Source of the DNA: Vicugna vicugna
Taxonomy: Eukaryota
Assembly: GCA_013265495.1 (NCBI GenBank)
Contig: MU058198.1
Span: 6,463,779-6,527,778, forward strand
Length of the DNA: 64,000 nt
Direction: 5' to 3'
In this document: in pieces, positions 11,901 to 26,900 of the stretch
How positions within the stretch are numbered: the first letter of the stretch is position 1
Layout of the letters: every line of letters starts with the position of its first letter
Made by a program: the position numbers and the translations under genes
Notes under the pieces: model-generated
Database searches by the model: none
Seen by the model: the letters and a program-made list of their open reading frames with translations, nothing else
What the model was told of the DNA's origin: nothing

Positions 11901-14900
11901 TGGAAAAAAATGTAAGAGAATACAAAATGGCTAACTCTCCTCATTTGGGTTGGTTTTCTTAAAAAATATCACCCAAAAAAGTCTGTGAAAAAGAAGAGTA
12001 GCAATCATGGGATTGCCCTGTCTACCTCAAATCAGTTAGAAATGGTTTTCGTCATCCCGGGGCTGCTGGTAGTATCAGCCAGACCCACAGACAGCAAGCA
12101 TGAAGAGTCTGTCACCATGTTTCTGGACATGCTGCCCCTTAGTCACCCTGACCCGCTGCGCTGGTCACGAAATATAACACAAAGAGGGTAAAAACACAAA
12201 GGCAACAATCCTGAGAAATTACAGGAAGCCCTTGGGAAAGCAGCAAGCACAGCAGGCCATTCTAATCCTAAAGTTACTGCTCTCCCAGCATCCTACAACT
12301 TAGGCTAAATGCACCAAGACAGTCTCATTACAAATTCCATAAAAGGAAACTGATGGCGTGTTCTTTTAAGTAGGCAAAAGTTCCTATGAATCCCAGAGGT
12401 GAAGTCCAACCAGAGAGAATGATCTCTGGCTGGAAATAAAGAACTCTGGACTCTGTCCTAGACTTTACCACTAATCACTGAGTCTGCGACCAAGCAAATC
12501 ACTGTTCCTCTTTGATGCTTCACCCATCTCCACCGTTAAAATGATCAGACTGTTCTTGAGGTTCCCTAACAGCTCTATCTCTAGAGCACTAAAAACACAC
12601 TTTTGGTGGAGGGTGGGTGGAGCCCCTACAATTAAAGATCTCCCTCCTTTCTCCTACCTAGCTAGGAAAGCCTTTAGTTTATCCTAAGACATGAAAAAAG
12701 AAAGCAAGCAGCAGTTTCAGCCTACACATTCAAAGCTATGAAGACTAGGTACAAAGAGAACTGAACTAAGGCACGCCCACTATCAAACCCCCAGATTCCC
12801 CTTAGTCAGCATTTAAATAGATATTTGTACTTTAAAACTGTTTTAAAATCAGATTAAAATAGGAACATGTTAAAAAGGTTCCGCTTTTAATTCATGAATG
12901 CTGAACGTAAGCAATATCTGCTTTGTAAACCAAAATTTAAGAGAAAAACCAAAAGCATATCAATTATAAGCTAAAAATAGGACTTCAGAGAAATTAGTGT
13001 TGGAATGTAACAGACTAACGTAAGGCAAAGATCCTTCGCCTCTTTTGGTAGAAAGCACCAGTGACATTTTTACTGTAAGTAAAAGGTAACCAGTAGCATA
13101 AAACTAACAAGGGGATCACTCTGGGGCAGGAGGAGGGTTAGCCCAACTGAGTAATAGGAGAAAACCTAGAGAAGCAAGCAGAGTGGATCTTCTAAGCCAG
13201 GTGCCTGATCATCTACTGGGCTCAGCTTCTGTCAGTATCCCTTGTTTATCAATGCTCCAGTTCCCTACAGCACAGTCTCAGAAAAAGAAAAAAAAAAAAA
13301 AAAGATAGGCCCAAAAGAGACCACCACATTTAAAATTAAAAGAGGTAAGAAGTTAGCATCTACCAGGAGCTGATGTGATGCTCAAAGGATGAAAGGGAAA
13401 ATGGGCTGCAGCCAAAGGTTTATTGGCCACCTGAAAATCCAAACCCTAATCAAGCTTCCGACCAAGGGCAGAACTTAGCCATAACACTTAGCTGGATAAT
13501 ACGACTTAAAGAAGCCACGTGGAGAGAAATGGGTCTGCAGAGTCCTGGAGACACAGAAAAAGGTCTCCAAAGAGGTGAAAACAATGAAGGTTGTACAGAG
13601 CAGTCAGACATGCAGGGAAAAGCCTGCAGGTTTGGATCAAGAAAAATATTTTTCATTTTCAAGTTCAGGGGTTAAACGAGGACTCAGAATAAAAAGCCTA
13701 CTCCAGGACCTCAGTGCAGCATGTCCCTGAGGCAGAGATTTGACACTTGAATACACTTTCTAGTTTACAGTATGTTTTAATGAATGTCGTGCATTATCAG
13801 TGACTATAAAATTGAAAAAAAGATTCTACAAAGTGCTGAGGTTCCCAGAAGACCTAAAGTTATCATACCTACATCTCTCTGTTGTTTGAAGCCTTTGTTC
13901 ATCAAAACTTACAGAATGAGAGTAATAACAGTGGCAATAAGGAAAAAGCAATAAGCCCCAAAGGTAATACCCATTAAAGGATCTCTGGGCACTAGATGAG
14001 GTGCAGGTTACACTTCTACACACCAAAAACGTTTGTTTTGACACTTTCATGAGGGTTTTTCTTTTTTTAATTATCACAGACTTCTTATAAAAGCTCAACA
14101 TTGCTGAAATTAAGAGCAAAGCCGAGAGACAGGGGACTGTTTTCCACACGTGGCCAAAGGAAAGAAAATTCATCACTATGGATTATAGTGGGCTCCGTGG
14201 ACCATCACCCTTGCAGAAAGGTTTGTGGACCTCACAGCCAACAACCAGCAGGACCGGAGCAAAAAGAGCAAGAATTCAAGGTGAAAATTGCAGGCTTGAC
14301 CAGTCAAGGCTACCAACTCCTTCCTCCCCACTAGGGCCCTTTCATTATAGGTGACTCCTTACAACTCAACACTTGACTTACCTATCTCCCGTTTTCTTTC
14401 GTTGGTTGTACAGTCATGGAAAAACTCTGTCATCAGACTTTCCAATGCCCTGAGAGAGGCTTCTTCAGATGCCTAACAAAGGAATTGGAAGCAAAAAAAA
14501 TTAGTAACTGTATTTTCAGTTCTACTGTTCCTCAGTTCCTTCTAGGTCACATTCAACAGCCATAGTAATTTACTTCCTCAAAAATACCTTGGTTCAACAT
14601 TCTTCAAATACATGAGATTAGCCAGAAAAATTGCAGGGAATTTCCTGGCTGGCTCAAAACACAGTTTTAGTATACTCTATAAATTCAATTGATTTTCAAT
14701 GATTTATGCTAAGGAAAAAGGAGCAAATTACTTAAAATGTAATTCTAGAAACATATTGAAAGCAAATTAACAGCCCCTGGCCCTGGCTGAATAGAGTGAA
14801 GAGATTCAGGGAGGTGAGGGTGCTTTATAGACTATCCATCAACAGAATATTTGCCCAGTGTCTGAATAATTAGCCATATTTGATTCAGAGCAGTTGCAGT

Positions 14901-17900
14901 CAAACTGCTGCATGGATTCTTGGGGTTTTCTGAAGGGATTTCAAAAGCCAACATCCACTCAACTCTCATCTCACATGAACAGCCAACAGAGATTAAGGTG
15001 CAACTAAGAGCCAAGCCAAGCAAGGACTCAAAATTAGACAGTGCCTCCCAACCACTGGCCCACAGACATACAGACTCTCCACAGAACCACTCAGGTGGAC
15101 AATGAGAGGAGAGGGGCCCTCGACCTTCCCAAGGCTCATCCTCTCCCTCTACCATGTGGACCCCCAAATCCACTTCCTCTTCTCTCACTGAAGTAGGCGA
15201 CATCAGGTACAGCAATGAACTTAAGTCACCACTCCTTCACACAACTAGCCTGCAAAAAAGGTGAGCATCCCCAAAGCATTTCTGAATCCTCACAGGCATT
15301 AATGTGCCCAGAGATAATCAAGAGCCAGCCACAGTTCTGATTTCTCAATTGTCTCTTCATTTCCTTCTTCCCACCCATCTTGCGCATATTCACTCCACTG
15401 ACCCCAGAATGGAAGCTAACTATAAAAACTGTGTTTTAAAACAAGTCCATACTCAAATGTGTCACATATCAAACTGTAATATTACAGGGGCCTCCATTTG
15501 GTAATTGGCTGCTGAGGACACTAAGGAAATTGGACCATCTCTGTGGATAAACCAGCACTTCTTAGGACTGGTACTAATTATAGAGGCTGAATCAGGCTTG
15601 TATCAGCCCATCTACATCAACGAGCACATGTAAGCACACTACACAGCACACGGGGGCCACGTTCAAGCAATGCCAGGCACAGCTGTCCCTCCCATGCTGC
15701 AGTCATCATGACGGCTGTGCAATGATAGCAAACTTCTGACATGTTGAGGGATGAATTATTGTCCAAGCACTTGTGAGTCTGAGGGACTGCCTTGTCTGAA
15801 TTTTATGCTAAATATCAGTCCTTTGTCACACCAATATATCATTCAACTAAAAAATACCTCTGAATTGTAAGCTAAGCTGTTTTATTACAAACTGCACAGT
15901 TTTTCAAATGCAGAAATAACTGGGATGTGGGACAAAAATAGGACTGCAATCCTTTTTAACCTGTTTCAAGTTTTTGTGTTGATCAAAACAGCCTCACTGT
16001 TCTCACTGACAGACTTTCTAAGTGCTATAAATTCAGATTCCTAAAATGAATTAATATAAATAAAAGAATGCTTTGGTCTGTTTCATAAATCAACTTGGTG
16101 TACCATTTCATCCAAAAAAAAAAGGTTTGCTATTTTTAAAAAGTTTGCTGCAAGGGTGACAACAGAAAGTATTGCAATATATACTGCCATACATCAAAGG
16201 CTGCTGACTCAAGTTGCTGACTCCCCAAAGATTCCAACTCTACCTCCATTCCCAGTCCCATCAACCCCACCCTCCCCGCCCTAACCCAAGAAGCTAACAT
16301 TCTCACAGGAAGTGGAAAGACAAAAGTACCCCAAAAAAATCACAGGGATGATGCTCTCATCAAATGATGGCTATATGAAAAAGGAAACTCCAAAACCTAA
16401 TAATCCCATGGCATCACCAGGTGTTTCTCAACAAGAACAAATAATGTGCTGTTTGCATTTTCAATCACTTCTCTAACTACAGTACAAACGCCTACCTCAC
16501 AGGGTGTTAAGAGGATCAAATGAAGTGTTCCACGTAAAGTTGCTATGTAAACTCCAAGGAGTTATCTAATTCATAGTTATGGCTCTATCATTTTTGTTTG
16601 GTCTCAGATACCAAATGAAAACAGACAAAAGCAAAACAACAAAAGTGGTTAGGCCTACCTTGAAACTGGAGATTTGTGCCCTCAGGCATAAGGGCTTTGT
16701 CCCAGTCATATCTAACGGGGCTTTTCCAACTGGATTTCAAAACAAAACTAAGTAAGTTTCAGAAGAAAAGGAGGCTGAGACTTTGCCAAGGTCATACAAT
16801 GAGAACAGAGATATAAAGACAAAGGATACATTCAAGACCTGCAAATGGTTGAAGGATAGTATCACTTGAGAGTTACCGCCATTTGGCAAGAAGGCCACTA
16901 GGCTCTTTACCACTGTTTTAAGCAGGTACTGAAGCAGATTGCAGTGGGTTAAGAAATTAGTGGCAAGTAATACATGGTAATATTCCACACAGACTACACC
17001 TTCAAATAATAAAAGCACAAAGGCATGAAACAAAAACCAAATGCCATGGTATGGTAGGAAGAGAAGGTTTCAATTCCTAAAAGCTATTCAAGCACTGTAT
17101 TGACTAATTTATGAAGAACAGTAAGGATTCAGACACATGTGGTTGCTTCTTAGCTTGTACTTGGGATTTAAGACCCAGATCTTGCTAAACTAAGGAAAGG
17201 TAAGGTCAGCTTAAAACCAAGCGAAGCATATTCACACAAAAAAATTTCAGTTAGATGGTAGATATAAAATGTGAGAGGTAAAATAGTAAGGCTTCTGGAA
17301 GATAATACAGAACATCCTCGTGACCCTAGGGTAGGGAAAAAGTTCTTGGAAACACTAATCATAAAGGAAAAGATTGATAAGTCAGAATATTCATCAGATG
17401 GCACAATGAAGAGAGTGTAAAAGAAAGCCACAAAATGGGAAAAGATATCTCCAATATAGATAACACAGAACTCATATCAGAGTATAAAATAACTTCTACA
17501 AATCAATGAGGAAAAGATAAATGACTCAATTTTTTGATAGACAAATAGTTATAAAAGAGGATATTCAAAAAGCCTATACATAAAACAAGTGCTCAATTTC
17601 ATCAGTCAGCACAGAAATCTAAATTAAAAACAAAACAACCCCCACAAGATAGCGCTACAAACCTATCAGAATGGCTAAAATTTAAGACAGTAACAAGTGT
17701 TGTGAGGATACTGAGCAACTGGGACACACACATACTGCTGCTAGTGAAAGTATAAACTGGTATAACCGTTCTGGAAAATGAACATATGCATATTTTATGA
17801 CTCTGTAATTCTACTCCTTGACAATACAGACATTTGTATATGTATACCCCCAAAAATGTACACAAATGTTTACAGCACCATTACTCATAACACCCAAAAA

Positions 17901-20900
17901 GTCAAAAGAACCCAAGTGTTCATCACCAGTGGAATAAGCTGTGGTTTATTCATCAGGAAGATAACGTAAGACAAGAAGAATGAACGAATATTACTTCATA
18001 CAACAACATGCATCAATCTAACAATGTTGAGTGAAAGAAGCCAAAACGCATTCTTCACTATTCATTTTACACTAACCTTTTAAAAATAAGCAAAATGAAT
18101 CCATGGTGTTATAATCAGAATAGCGGTTAACCTTTGGAGAGGAGTAATATTCTATTTTCTTGATCTGAATGTTTAGTTACACAAGGATGATTGCTTTCTG
18201 TATTCTTCTGTAAGTACATATACAGAATTTTTAAAACTTAATGTTAATACTTATTTTTAACGCTCAGGTTGGTATTTGCAGGCTCTGATTTTAGAAATTG
18301 TGTTTTTCCTCTATTAGTACAACTGCTAAGAGCAGTGTGGGGGCCTACAGGTGAAGTCTGAGCGTGGGACTCCTGGACCATCACCTATTTGTCTTCAAAA
18401 CTGCAAGAGTAACAACAGAAAGTACTACAATCCTATGAGTCTTTGCTTCCCCAAGAGTTACTTGGCTTACTTCAACAGCAAATTAAAATCCTTAGGCAGG
18501 ATGATGAATTAAACTTGGCTCCAGAATATATACACTCTTGGAGAGCTATGTATATATCTAAAATATTTTTTCTGCTCCAGAAAGAGTTAAAATCTGCCAA
18601 GTGGGGCGTGCCTTGACTTTATCTGCTTTTCTATTGCACTGCTCATGGTCCAGCAGTTCAGAGACCTACACTATATGACTGATTAATTTGTTATGGAACT
18701 ACCAAGTCAACCAAGACTCACAATCACCTAATAAATTATAAGAAAAACTGGAAAGAAGGGGAAGGGTCACATAATTTGAAATCTTTTTTGACTCTTCCCC
18801 ATATCCCCTAAACTCCCTACAAATGTCGTCAGGTCTGCTGACTGTTACTTCACACTATTTCTTAGATTTGTGCCTTTTCCCTCACCACCACTTCTATCAG
18901 GCCCTAATCACCTCCTGCCTAGATCACTGTAACTTCTTTTACCTAGTCACACTGAAGTCAGCTTTCCCAATTCCAATCTGTACTTCACTACCAATTAAAT
19001 TCTCCTAAACAGATTTTCTGCTCCATATATTCTAAACCTAGTTATAAAGGAGCTTTAAATCTGAACCAACTGAGAATCTTGGCTGTTCATTTAACAAACA
19101 AGTAAGCTCAATATTCACTAAGTAACTGATACTGCATTAAATCCTTGAAATACAAGGATGTGTTCCTTACTTCAAAGAAATGGAGATGATCGGGAGAAGA
19201 AGGGGAGACCTATGAAGAAAAATGTAGAATATGACAGTTTACATGGCATAGTACTGACACACATATAAAAGGTTTCAGGAGCCCAAACAGAACCCTGTCT
19301 GAGGGAGATGGGGAAAGCTTCACAAAAGTGGTAACACATTTTGGGCTCTGAAGAATGCAGAGTTTACTAGGAAGGAAGAAGGACAGCACGCCTAATTTAC
19401 CATTACTCACCACAGGAAGCCATCATTCCAGTCTCGATACTCAGTCTCATAACAAATGTCTACTCTCATCCTGCATTTACTCCTGGGTCTGCAATTCATA
19501 ATTCAACCTTCATGAAACTTCTTACCAAGTTTACAGCACAGATCCCTTCCTTGTTTTCATCTTTTGTCTTTTCTTGTAACCAGTATCAGAATTTTGCCCA
19601 TGGCACTGCTTTCTGCTCATTCCAGAAAGGCACAATTAAAGAGCACAATCTCTGGTGTCAGGTTCCTTGGGTTTGAATCAGAATGTACCACAACCCTGGC
19701 CTTGTTATTTACTGTCACTCCTTTTCCTCTCGTGAACTGGGGATAACAAGAGAACCTAACACATGGGGTTGGTTGTTCTGAGGATTAAATAAAATAAGCT
19801 ATGTAAAGCATGTAGTAAAACATAATGCCAGGAATAAAGTAATGGTTGAAAGTCGTATCTGTAACAGTTAATAATTCATAGATATCAGGCCTGTTCTAAC
19901 CAGAACATAAATTGGAAAGAGATTCTGCCTAATATATTTGTATTTCCTATAACACCCAATATAAACTGGTACTCAAAATATTTTACAGGCCAAATTCAGG
20001 AGAGCAAAAGGAACAAGCTGACTGTCAGTATCAGTTTTAGTTTCTCAGGAATACTGGTAATTCCTCAGAATTCAAGTGACATATGACTCTGTTTAGATTT
20101 CCCACGCCAACGGCTCTGATCATAATGACCTTTGCTCAAAAGCACTCAATGAAAATGTTTTGAAAAACATAAGACTGCTAATAATTTATCTTAAAAACAC
20201 TGAGACTGAAGGTGGATATGATGCTGACCCTTAAGACAAGATACCTAGATGACAGTTTTCTCAAATCCTGATTAAATCTGTAATGTTTTACCTAACTGCC
20301 TCTAAAACAGCCCTCTCCAAATCATAACCTTTTTCCAAAACTGGTACTAGGGGGGAGGTGGGGAGGGGGATGACCCTTTTTCACACAAGCTTTTATCAAG
20401 CTTTTTGCCATTTTTCCAGGAGCCACATTTTGTCTGTTCTTCAAGGAGGTAAATTACATGAGCCTTCTGTATTCAGCTTCATGCTTCCTGGATACTAAAC
20501 CTAAAAAACTGAGGGCCAGAATACCAGTCACAATTCAAATATTCCTGTGGCATACCTAAAATAGTTTTATTACTCTATTTGCTTATATATAAAGAAGGTT
20601 TCTGAGCAAAGTGATTCTATACTGACTGCTGACCAAGGTTTAAAAGTATGTAAAACATATCTGGTGTATTACAACAGAGGCCATTAACAAAGAAATCCAA
20701 TCTCATATAAACTCTCTCTGGAAGCTAACAGGATTATCATGGATGTCTAAACTCTCAAAAGAACACTCACATTCTTCCCTACACCCTTCACCGCTGCAAA
20801 GAAAACAGATGACAGGAAAAATCTCTTTGGCCTTTAGGCCTGTAGAGAAGTATGAGATGAAATACTAAGCTTAAAATAAGACACAATAGGAATCAATGTG

Positions 20901-23900
20901 ACATCTATCCATCCCCTACTGAAGTCAGCTCAAAACACTAGAAAGGAAGCCCCACTCAGGAGAATGATACTCAGAACAAGTCTTCTTCCCATCTTTCCTG
21001 TGGCTGCTCTTTGTGTCTCAACCTGCAGAGACTGTCCTTTCAAAAAACAAACTATATACGTCATGATGAAGTAGAAAACTCACTTTATTTCTCTAAAAGC
21101 AAACTGGTGAAACCAGCCAAATCTTCAAAGTCTATCACTCAGAAGTGCAGCCACTAAGGCCCTGGGATGTTGAATGACTTGCTTAAAGACCAACAAGAGA
21201 CTAGGGTTACAGATATATATTGAATTAATTAACTCTGAAAGTTAGACACAAAAGCTGCAGGGAAAAAAATTTTTTTCTACTAAAGGAAAGAAACAGAGCC
21301 ACACCATGTTCCGGGAAAGCAAGGCTGGGGCAGACGCACTCACCACAATTCTACGAACACACGACTGGAACTAACTGTTCAAGTTATATACATTTGCCTC
21401 AGAAGGGCTCCTTCTTGTCTTGCCTACAGCTTAAAGCTGAGCAATATTTGCCCTCTAAGAATAACTACAGACGTAACTTCATATGATATCATCAAGCAAA
21501 TACTTAATATTTGATTAAATGTACACTTTGGCAGCACCTAAACATAATTCTAATCATTAAAAGGCACTTTTCTGCTTTAGTCTAAAATACCATAAAGTTG
21601 GCAACAGCAAGACATTCCCCCTTAGTGTTTCTTGGGTTTGCATAAAGTGCCCAGTCAGATTCTCTGTCTCCTTCATGAACAAAAGGATCTGTTTACTGCT
21701 GAGGACCATGAGTTAGGAGCAGGCTGACTGCCAGGTGTCTGGGCCAGAAAGCCCAATTGGTCCCACTGTGGTAGTAAGAAAGTCAAGGCAGCATATTCTG
21801 TCCCCACAGGAACCAATTAGAGGAAACATCTTGTACACAGAGGACAGTGTGTTTTATGCTGGGAAAAACCTATCCATGTACTACTGGACAATCTATAAAA
21901 ACAAGAAGTACCAATTAGCTACCAACGAACAGATGCACTGGTTTCAAAAATTTCCAACAAATCTAAAGAAAGCTACTGAGTCATAACAAGTAAATGCTAT
22001 ACCTGATTCTAGACTAGATCCTGTACTGGAGGGAAATTTTATAAAGATCACAATTGAGCCAAGTGATAAAACTAGAATACAGATGGTAGATTAGATTCAA
22101 GTACTGAATCAGTGTTAAATTAATTAAAGTTGACAACTGCACCATGGTTATGTAAGAGAACATCCCTATTAGGAAATATACTATATAGGGGCAATGGACC
22201 ACGATGTAGACACCTTACTCTCCAATGGTCAGAAAATATTGTGTGTTTATATATGTATGTGCATATATATATATATATATACATAGAAAGTGCAAATAAT
22301 AAAACAAACATGGCAAAATATTAACAAGAGGTGAGTTTGAGTAAAGAGTATAAGAGTGTTCTTGGCACTACTCTTTCCTTGAAAACTTCTGTCCGTTTGA
22401 AATTTCTCCAAATAAAAAGTTTTTTTTAATTGCATCTGTTGGATTGGTAACCTCCACCTTGCTCCTTGCTGCTCCAAGCTAGCTGGCCAAAGTGGAAAGA
22501 AAACGTGAAAAAAGAGTACAGCAGGAGGGAGAGGATTACTTGATTCTCTCAGATGCCAGATTTATTACTGCACATTGTTTTTGAAAAAGGGTATTACACA
22601 CCCTAGACATTAAAAATTTCACATCTGTTGGTTGGGCAACAACCATAACCTACTAAGAGCTAAAATACATATAATTTATATGCTTATTTATTTATATTCT
22701 AGTCAGAAGGCTTTGCTTAGACAGCCAAAAAAGCAAATGATAAAAAGTTATTCTGCAAGAAACTGTCTAAAATAAATAAGTAATATAGCCAAGAATAAGC
22801 TCTCTCTTCACAATCCCATCTGCTTCTCTTTCCCAGGTACACATCCCAGGAGGATGAGTGTTTACATCTGCATGCCTAGTCAATTAAACTCCAAAGATAC
22901 TTACTGAGTACTTTAACGCAAGGCATGCTACCAAGAATTCCTAAAACAGGATCACAGAATCTTAAGTGAGAAATAAGCAAACCCCAGAGAACAGCAAGTC
23001 CAATCTCATTTTACAGATGAGGAAAATGAAGCTCAGAGAGAGGATCTTGCCCAAAATCGACTAGCTATTGGGCAAGTCACCAGGCAGGGCCACCAGACCC
23101 CTTTCCCAGCAATGGTTACTTTACCCCTTAAAGCACAGGAGCTCTGCTCTAACGGCTGTAAGGATGATGAATAAGCTGGCATTACTTTGCATCTGATGAA
23201 ATCAGGTTAACAAATGGGTGTGAGGTTGACAGACCACCATAAGAACATGCTGCAAATCTGAATCACAATTAATGCTACAACTCCTATGTAAATAATTTCA
23301 TTTCAGTTGCTGTTACCAAATGCACTGTTTAAGAGCAAGTCTCTTATGAAACCCACACCACCTTTATCCTGAATTACTCCCAGACAGAACTAGCATTTTA
23401 AATAACAGTTAAAATAACACTTGTTTGAAATTTTGGTAAAAATCTCCAGACTGTATTACAGACTATTGGAATCTGGAGGAGCATAATCACTTCCTTTCCC
23501 CTGTCCTGGTTCTATTCATTGATACATAGCCTCAAGAGACCAAGAACAGATCAAAATCTAATGTCCTTCTCATGACTGGCAAAGCTGCAACCTCCTTCCG
23601 CTCCCAAACTGACTTGGCCCACCACCTCTCCCAGGAACAAGGCAGAGAAGCAGGGGAAATGGGGACAGGTGGTGGCTGCCTATCCAGGATCCAAGGTGTG
23701 GCAGCCGGGGTGGCCCAGAGCTGCATGACTGGGTGCAGGCTGATCTTTCCCGCCTGCACGCACCCTCAGCCAGGTCACAGTTTTGTAAGAAAACCAAAGA
23801 GCGTGATCAACAGCTCACGCAACGCCCAGGTGTGGACAGAGTTCAAGCACAGACAAAAATAAGACACTGATTTCACACTTTCGATAGAAAAATGAAGAAT

Positions 23901-26900
23901 TCAGAACTCAAACATAGACTCAAGATAAGCCGCAAAAATAGGAATAGAAAAAGCAAAGACCTTGGAACAGAATTCCAGCCTGAAACCAAGGAGCATGGAC
24001 TCACAGGTTGCCCACATCCACAGACAGGTAGAGGGCCATTCCCCACCACCAGCTCTACCAGCGCCACTTCTACCCGCAGGAATTGCTCCTCCTCCTCCGA
24101 CTCCTTTACCTGAACAAAACAGTATGCCATATCCATATCCACCACCATCACTTGTGTTTGGGGATCCCCTGGTCTAACTTATAAAATGAAGAAATAAACC
24201 TGAAAAAACAAACAGAAGCCACGATTGGAAGTGGGACACAGAAAGACAAGCTTCTCCTGAGGGTAAGCAGGTGAGACGACACAAGCATAAAGCTGGGCAG
24301 TGTTCTGATACAGTGACTTTGCACCTGGCAGATGTGGGCCATCGTGCCAGCCTCCCCTCAGTGCACCCATCACAGATGAACCAGAAGATAAATCACTCCT
24401 GTGGGAAATAAGAGGAGGAGGACAGGGCCCAGAATAATGTGCTCCAGTACTGCTCCCATCTGGGGTACAGACGACCCCCTGAATGTGCACCAAAGCAGGG
24501 CTGAGGGGACATAGAAAAGGTACTCTCTACATGAGCAATGAGAGAACTCACAGGCTTCATGGGAACCACTGCTACCACTGAGAGAGAGGTCCTCAGCCAC
24601 AGCCTGGCAGAGAAAACACTAGGTGAGAGCCAGCCCCAGCTCCAGAGTACAGCTGCATAACTTAGGGCAAATCCTGCAAGTTCTTGGAGTATCTTCGGTA
24701 TTAAATGCAAGCAGGTGTGTGTACTGCGTGTTGATTATAAAGCACTATGCAAATGCTGCCTAATATAGTCATTCCTCCCTGGCTACAAGCTTCTCTCACC
24801 TGGCCTTCCCTGTTTGGATTTGCTTTTATAAAGGCAAAGTCCCCTAAGTTGTCATCAGCTCGTCCCTCTTAATACACCCAGCACCACCTTAACACTTTAA
24901 TTCTTAATTTATGATCACATTACTCTAAGGCTCTCAAAGTACCATTACCAACTGCCAAAGAGTGCTTATGTATCCCACACAATATAAATGATAATGGCCA
25001 CGAGAGCAGCTGCTGGAGGACCTTTGACGGTGTTACACATTATACAGGAAGCCTGATGGTGGGGCACAAGCAGAGATCTGCATTCAGTAGGAAGTGACTC
25101 TTCCTGGCTGGAGGGTTCTAAATGCTCCTCCCATCACCATAGATAATGACTAGCCACAAAGAAGATACCAAAAGCTCTGGTGAGAGCAACCGTCTCTGGC
25201 CAGGGACTCTCCTATGTCCCAGGTTCTGCCCAGTACCACTAGTCGATGCGATTTTCTTAAGTCTTATTTCAATAGTATGCTTGGTAATCAAAACTGTGAT
25301 TTTTTAAAAAGCTGTAACTTTTACAATATGGAAAGCTACTGTAATACTGAAACTATACAGGATTCTCTTCCTCCACTCCACTGAAGACTCACTGGGTTAG
25401 AAAGACAGAACAGCGGCAGTTTTTTGGATATTTTGGGGAGGTGGGTAGGAAGGCAATGAGGAGTTGGAGGACTGGAGGTGGGAGGTACGCAGGAGAAAGG
25501 AAATGGATACTTAGCTCCTGTCCAATTGTCTGACCATGCCAGGAACGCTGGCCTTGCTCACATCCTTGGATAATGAAGGGATGACTCAACATGCAGTTCT
25601 CCATCAGCCTCCAATCCCCACACAATAAGCACAATGAGCTTGAGAGGGGAGCATGTAGTCACCCTTCCCAGAGTTCTCAACTGACCCTGCTAGACCATAG
25701 GGGAAAGTAGTGGAAAAGAGGTCAAGATAATGTGCTGCTTCTGAGTCACACCTCCCAGCTCTGTTCCTCACTATGGGCAACACGCAAAGCCAAGGACTAG
25801 AAACTCCACACCATTCCACCTGTGCCCTTCTACTATACAAGTGGTTAGGTGCTCCCTATCCTGGGAACACCTTAAGATGAATTGTTTGCCACAGAGTAAC
25901 TGTGAAGGGTGTGGGCTCAGGAGACAGCCCAGATCTGCATCTGATCTCCAACTTCACCTCTTACTTTGTGCATGGCCTTCAGCAAATTAACCTCTCTGGG
26001 TCTCAGGTTCTTCACTTGCAAAATGAATTTACAACAGTATTCCCCCTCACCAGGTAGTTGTGAGAAACGAACGACATAATGTAGGTATATCCCTTGGCAC
26101 TTTCAACCACAAATGAGCAAAGCTATTTCACTATACATCACTGGTGAGTCAATGAGTTTAAGGGGGGTGGGGGGAGAAACCAAATAAACAAAAATCCCAC
26201 ATAAGTCAACTAAATGCTCAAAAAAATTCCCAGAATACCACTGTCTTCACTTTCATTTTTCTACAGATCAACCTACTAGTGCCGCAAACAAAGAATTTAA
26301 GACCAGCACCACCATCTTTCAGACTCTATCTGTGTTTAGGACAACAAAGATAGGAATCAGATCCATTGATTCCAGCAAAAAAAAAGCTTTTTTTTTTTAA
26401 AGAAAAAAATATTACATAGAATCATAATATATAAAACAGACTCAATCAGAGACTCCGCTTAGTTAACGGGGGTGGAGGAGGGCACAAATGCCCACCCAGC
26501 ATTTGGACACCTCCAAGAAATACTAAGGGCCTACAGAGCACAGAAAACACCACATGTAAATACCTAAGCATTACAGCCCTTCCAGATTTGATTCAGGTTC
26601 TACCGAGTCTGGGAGGTTTTCTTCAGGTACTAAATGGTTGCTGAAAGATTGGTTTGCAAATTCTCAAATTATCTTCAAACTGCAAGCCCCTCCCTACCAC
26701 CCAGGGTATCATTGGTTGGGCTGACTCACACTGACCCCACCCCACCCTCAAGGGGGTCATGCTCTGGAGAAATGATTAACAGACTAATGAAAACAAGACA
26801 TGGACTTGCCCACTTACGAATTTACCATGGAAGCTATATTTGGTTCAATAAGTAAAATCCTCTATCTATACCAAGCATTCCATCTCAGTAGGTGACTGAT

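Noticed and set aside
11422..14381. Possible intronic snoRNA in XPO6 introns
   Set aside because: No convincing C/D or H/ACA structure seen by eye; an Rfam/Infernal scan would be needed to exclude one.
23532..24710. Cluster of 60-105 aa ORFs in intron 1
   Set aside because: No recognisable protein similarity or coherent exon structure; consistent with locally higher GC.
26377..26398. A9-GC-T11 palindrome
   Set aside because: Low-complexity homopolymer juxtaposition with no supporting context.
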